Part shown: positions 27,218 through 27,877 of the stretch, in pieces
How the letters are laid out: the number at the start of each line of letters is the position of its first letter
How positions within the stretch are numbered: the stretch's first letter is position 1
Source: a virus
Lineage: Duplodnaviria; Caudoviricetes
IMG/VR virus record: IMGVR_UViG_3300037484_000428
Location: 1-27,877 of that record
Direction: 5' to 3' (one strand)
DNA length: 27,877 nucleotides
The notes under the pieces: model-generated
What the model was told of the DNA's origin: nothing
What the model saw: only the letters and a program-made list of their open reading frames with translations
The model's database searches: none
Translations under genes and position numbers: made by a program

Positions 27218-27247
27218 AGCCGCCCGTAGGTTGGGCGGTTTCTTTTT
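27218..27247 (+). terminator. Intrinsic terminator T3
   Basis: AGCCGCCC-N7-GGGCGGTT followed by TCTTTTT. Confidence 0.8.
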
Positions 27248-27345
27248 GGTTGTTGGAGGACTAGTCGAATTGCCGGTCCCTTGTAGGTGCTTGAAACTAG
27301 CCCTAGCGCCGGCCTCCTTATTGGTACTCGACGGACTATCAAAGT

Positions 27346-27627
27346 AAGTAACGAAGTACTGCATTCCCTTAGTTGTAACTTGTTGATTTTTAACGGCTTT
27401 AGTAGTTCCCTAGTTTGACTTCCTAATCTACTAAATTATTTGAGGTTGGGGAATACTTCGGGAATCGTCAATTCCTGTATGACCATATGCCCAATTCAAT
27501 TTATGTATATCATGGTCATATTCCCCAACTTGTAATCACTTGATAGATTAGGAAGTCAAACTACTAAAGTACTTTCCCCAACAAAATCAACAAGTTAGAA
27601 CTGAAGAACGACTTTACTTCGTTACTT
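27346..27627. repeat. Long AT-rich imperfect inverted repeat with two IHF-consensus sites
   Basis: Nested perfect blocks: 27346-58/27615-27 (13 bp), 27376-90/27583-97 (15 bp), 27411-30/27544-63 (20 bp), 27445-55/27519-29 (11 bp), 27478-86/27512-20 (9 bp). Confidence 0.92.
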
Positions 27628-27877
27628 CCTATCAATGGTCGCATACTCCGTAAGTTCACAGCCCACATAAAGACTTTGTATCGCCTCCCAAATCGAGCAA
27701 TGCTAGACATGTCACCCAAGCACAACAAAGAAAGGCGACCCGGAGATCGCCCTCCCTACCCACCACCTACTAACCTAGTAGCAGTGACCCATCCGAATGA
27801 GCATCCGAGCGGTGTAGTCTTCGTGGTCTTCGACAGAGGTAAACCCACGTCGGAGCAGCTCTGATCTCAACAAATCC

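Noticed and set aside
25575-27320. CRISPR-like or attC-like array
   Set aside because: Repeats are short, degenerate and irregularly spaced, with no cas or integron integrase gene in view.
27471-27513. Third late-type promoter at ATTCCTG 27471
   Set aside because: No -10 hexamer at the right spacing and no GACC repeat upstream.
27470-27530. Protelomerase telRL site at the centre of the inverted repeat
   Set aside because: Known tel sites have a perfect central palindrome, while this centre is an unpaired loop; no protelomerase gene in the window.
27676-27864. 62-aa plus-strand ORF
   Set aside because: TTG start, no clear RBS or motif; cannot be supported, though a shorter version is not excluded.

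Overview
Tailed-phage (siphovirus-type) DNA. 1-24911 is a minus-strand morphogenesis operon in the order putative TerS, TerL, portal, a ~6 kb block of fibre/adaptor-like genes, prohead protease-scaffold, decoration protein, major capsid, head-tail joining genes, tail tube, tail chaperone with a -1 frameshift, tape measure, Dit-like, DUF1833-like, NlpC/P60, and a tail-tip (J-like) gene that runs off the left edge and carries an inserted LamG domain. From ~25075 transcription diverges into three short plus-strand promoter-to-terminator cassettes. Two of them open with paralogous HTH-like proteins followed by tiny membrane peptides, and the spacers share repeated motifs. They are followed by a ~280 bp AT-rich imperfect inverted repeat with two symmetric IHF-consensus sites (27346-27627). 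No lysis, integrase, replication, tRNA or CRISPR features were seen. Family names come from motif recall and synteny, not from database searches.
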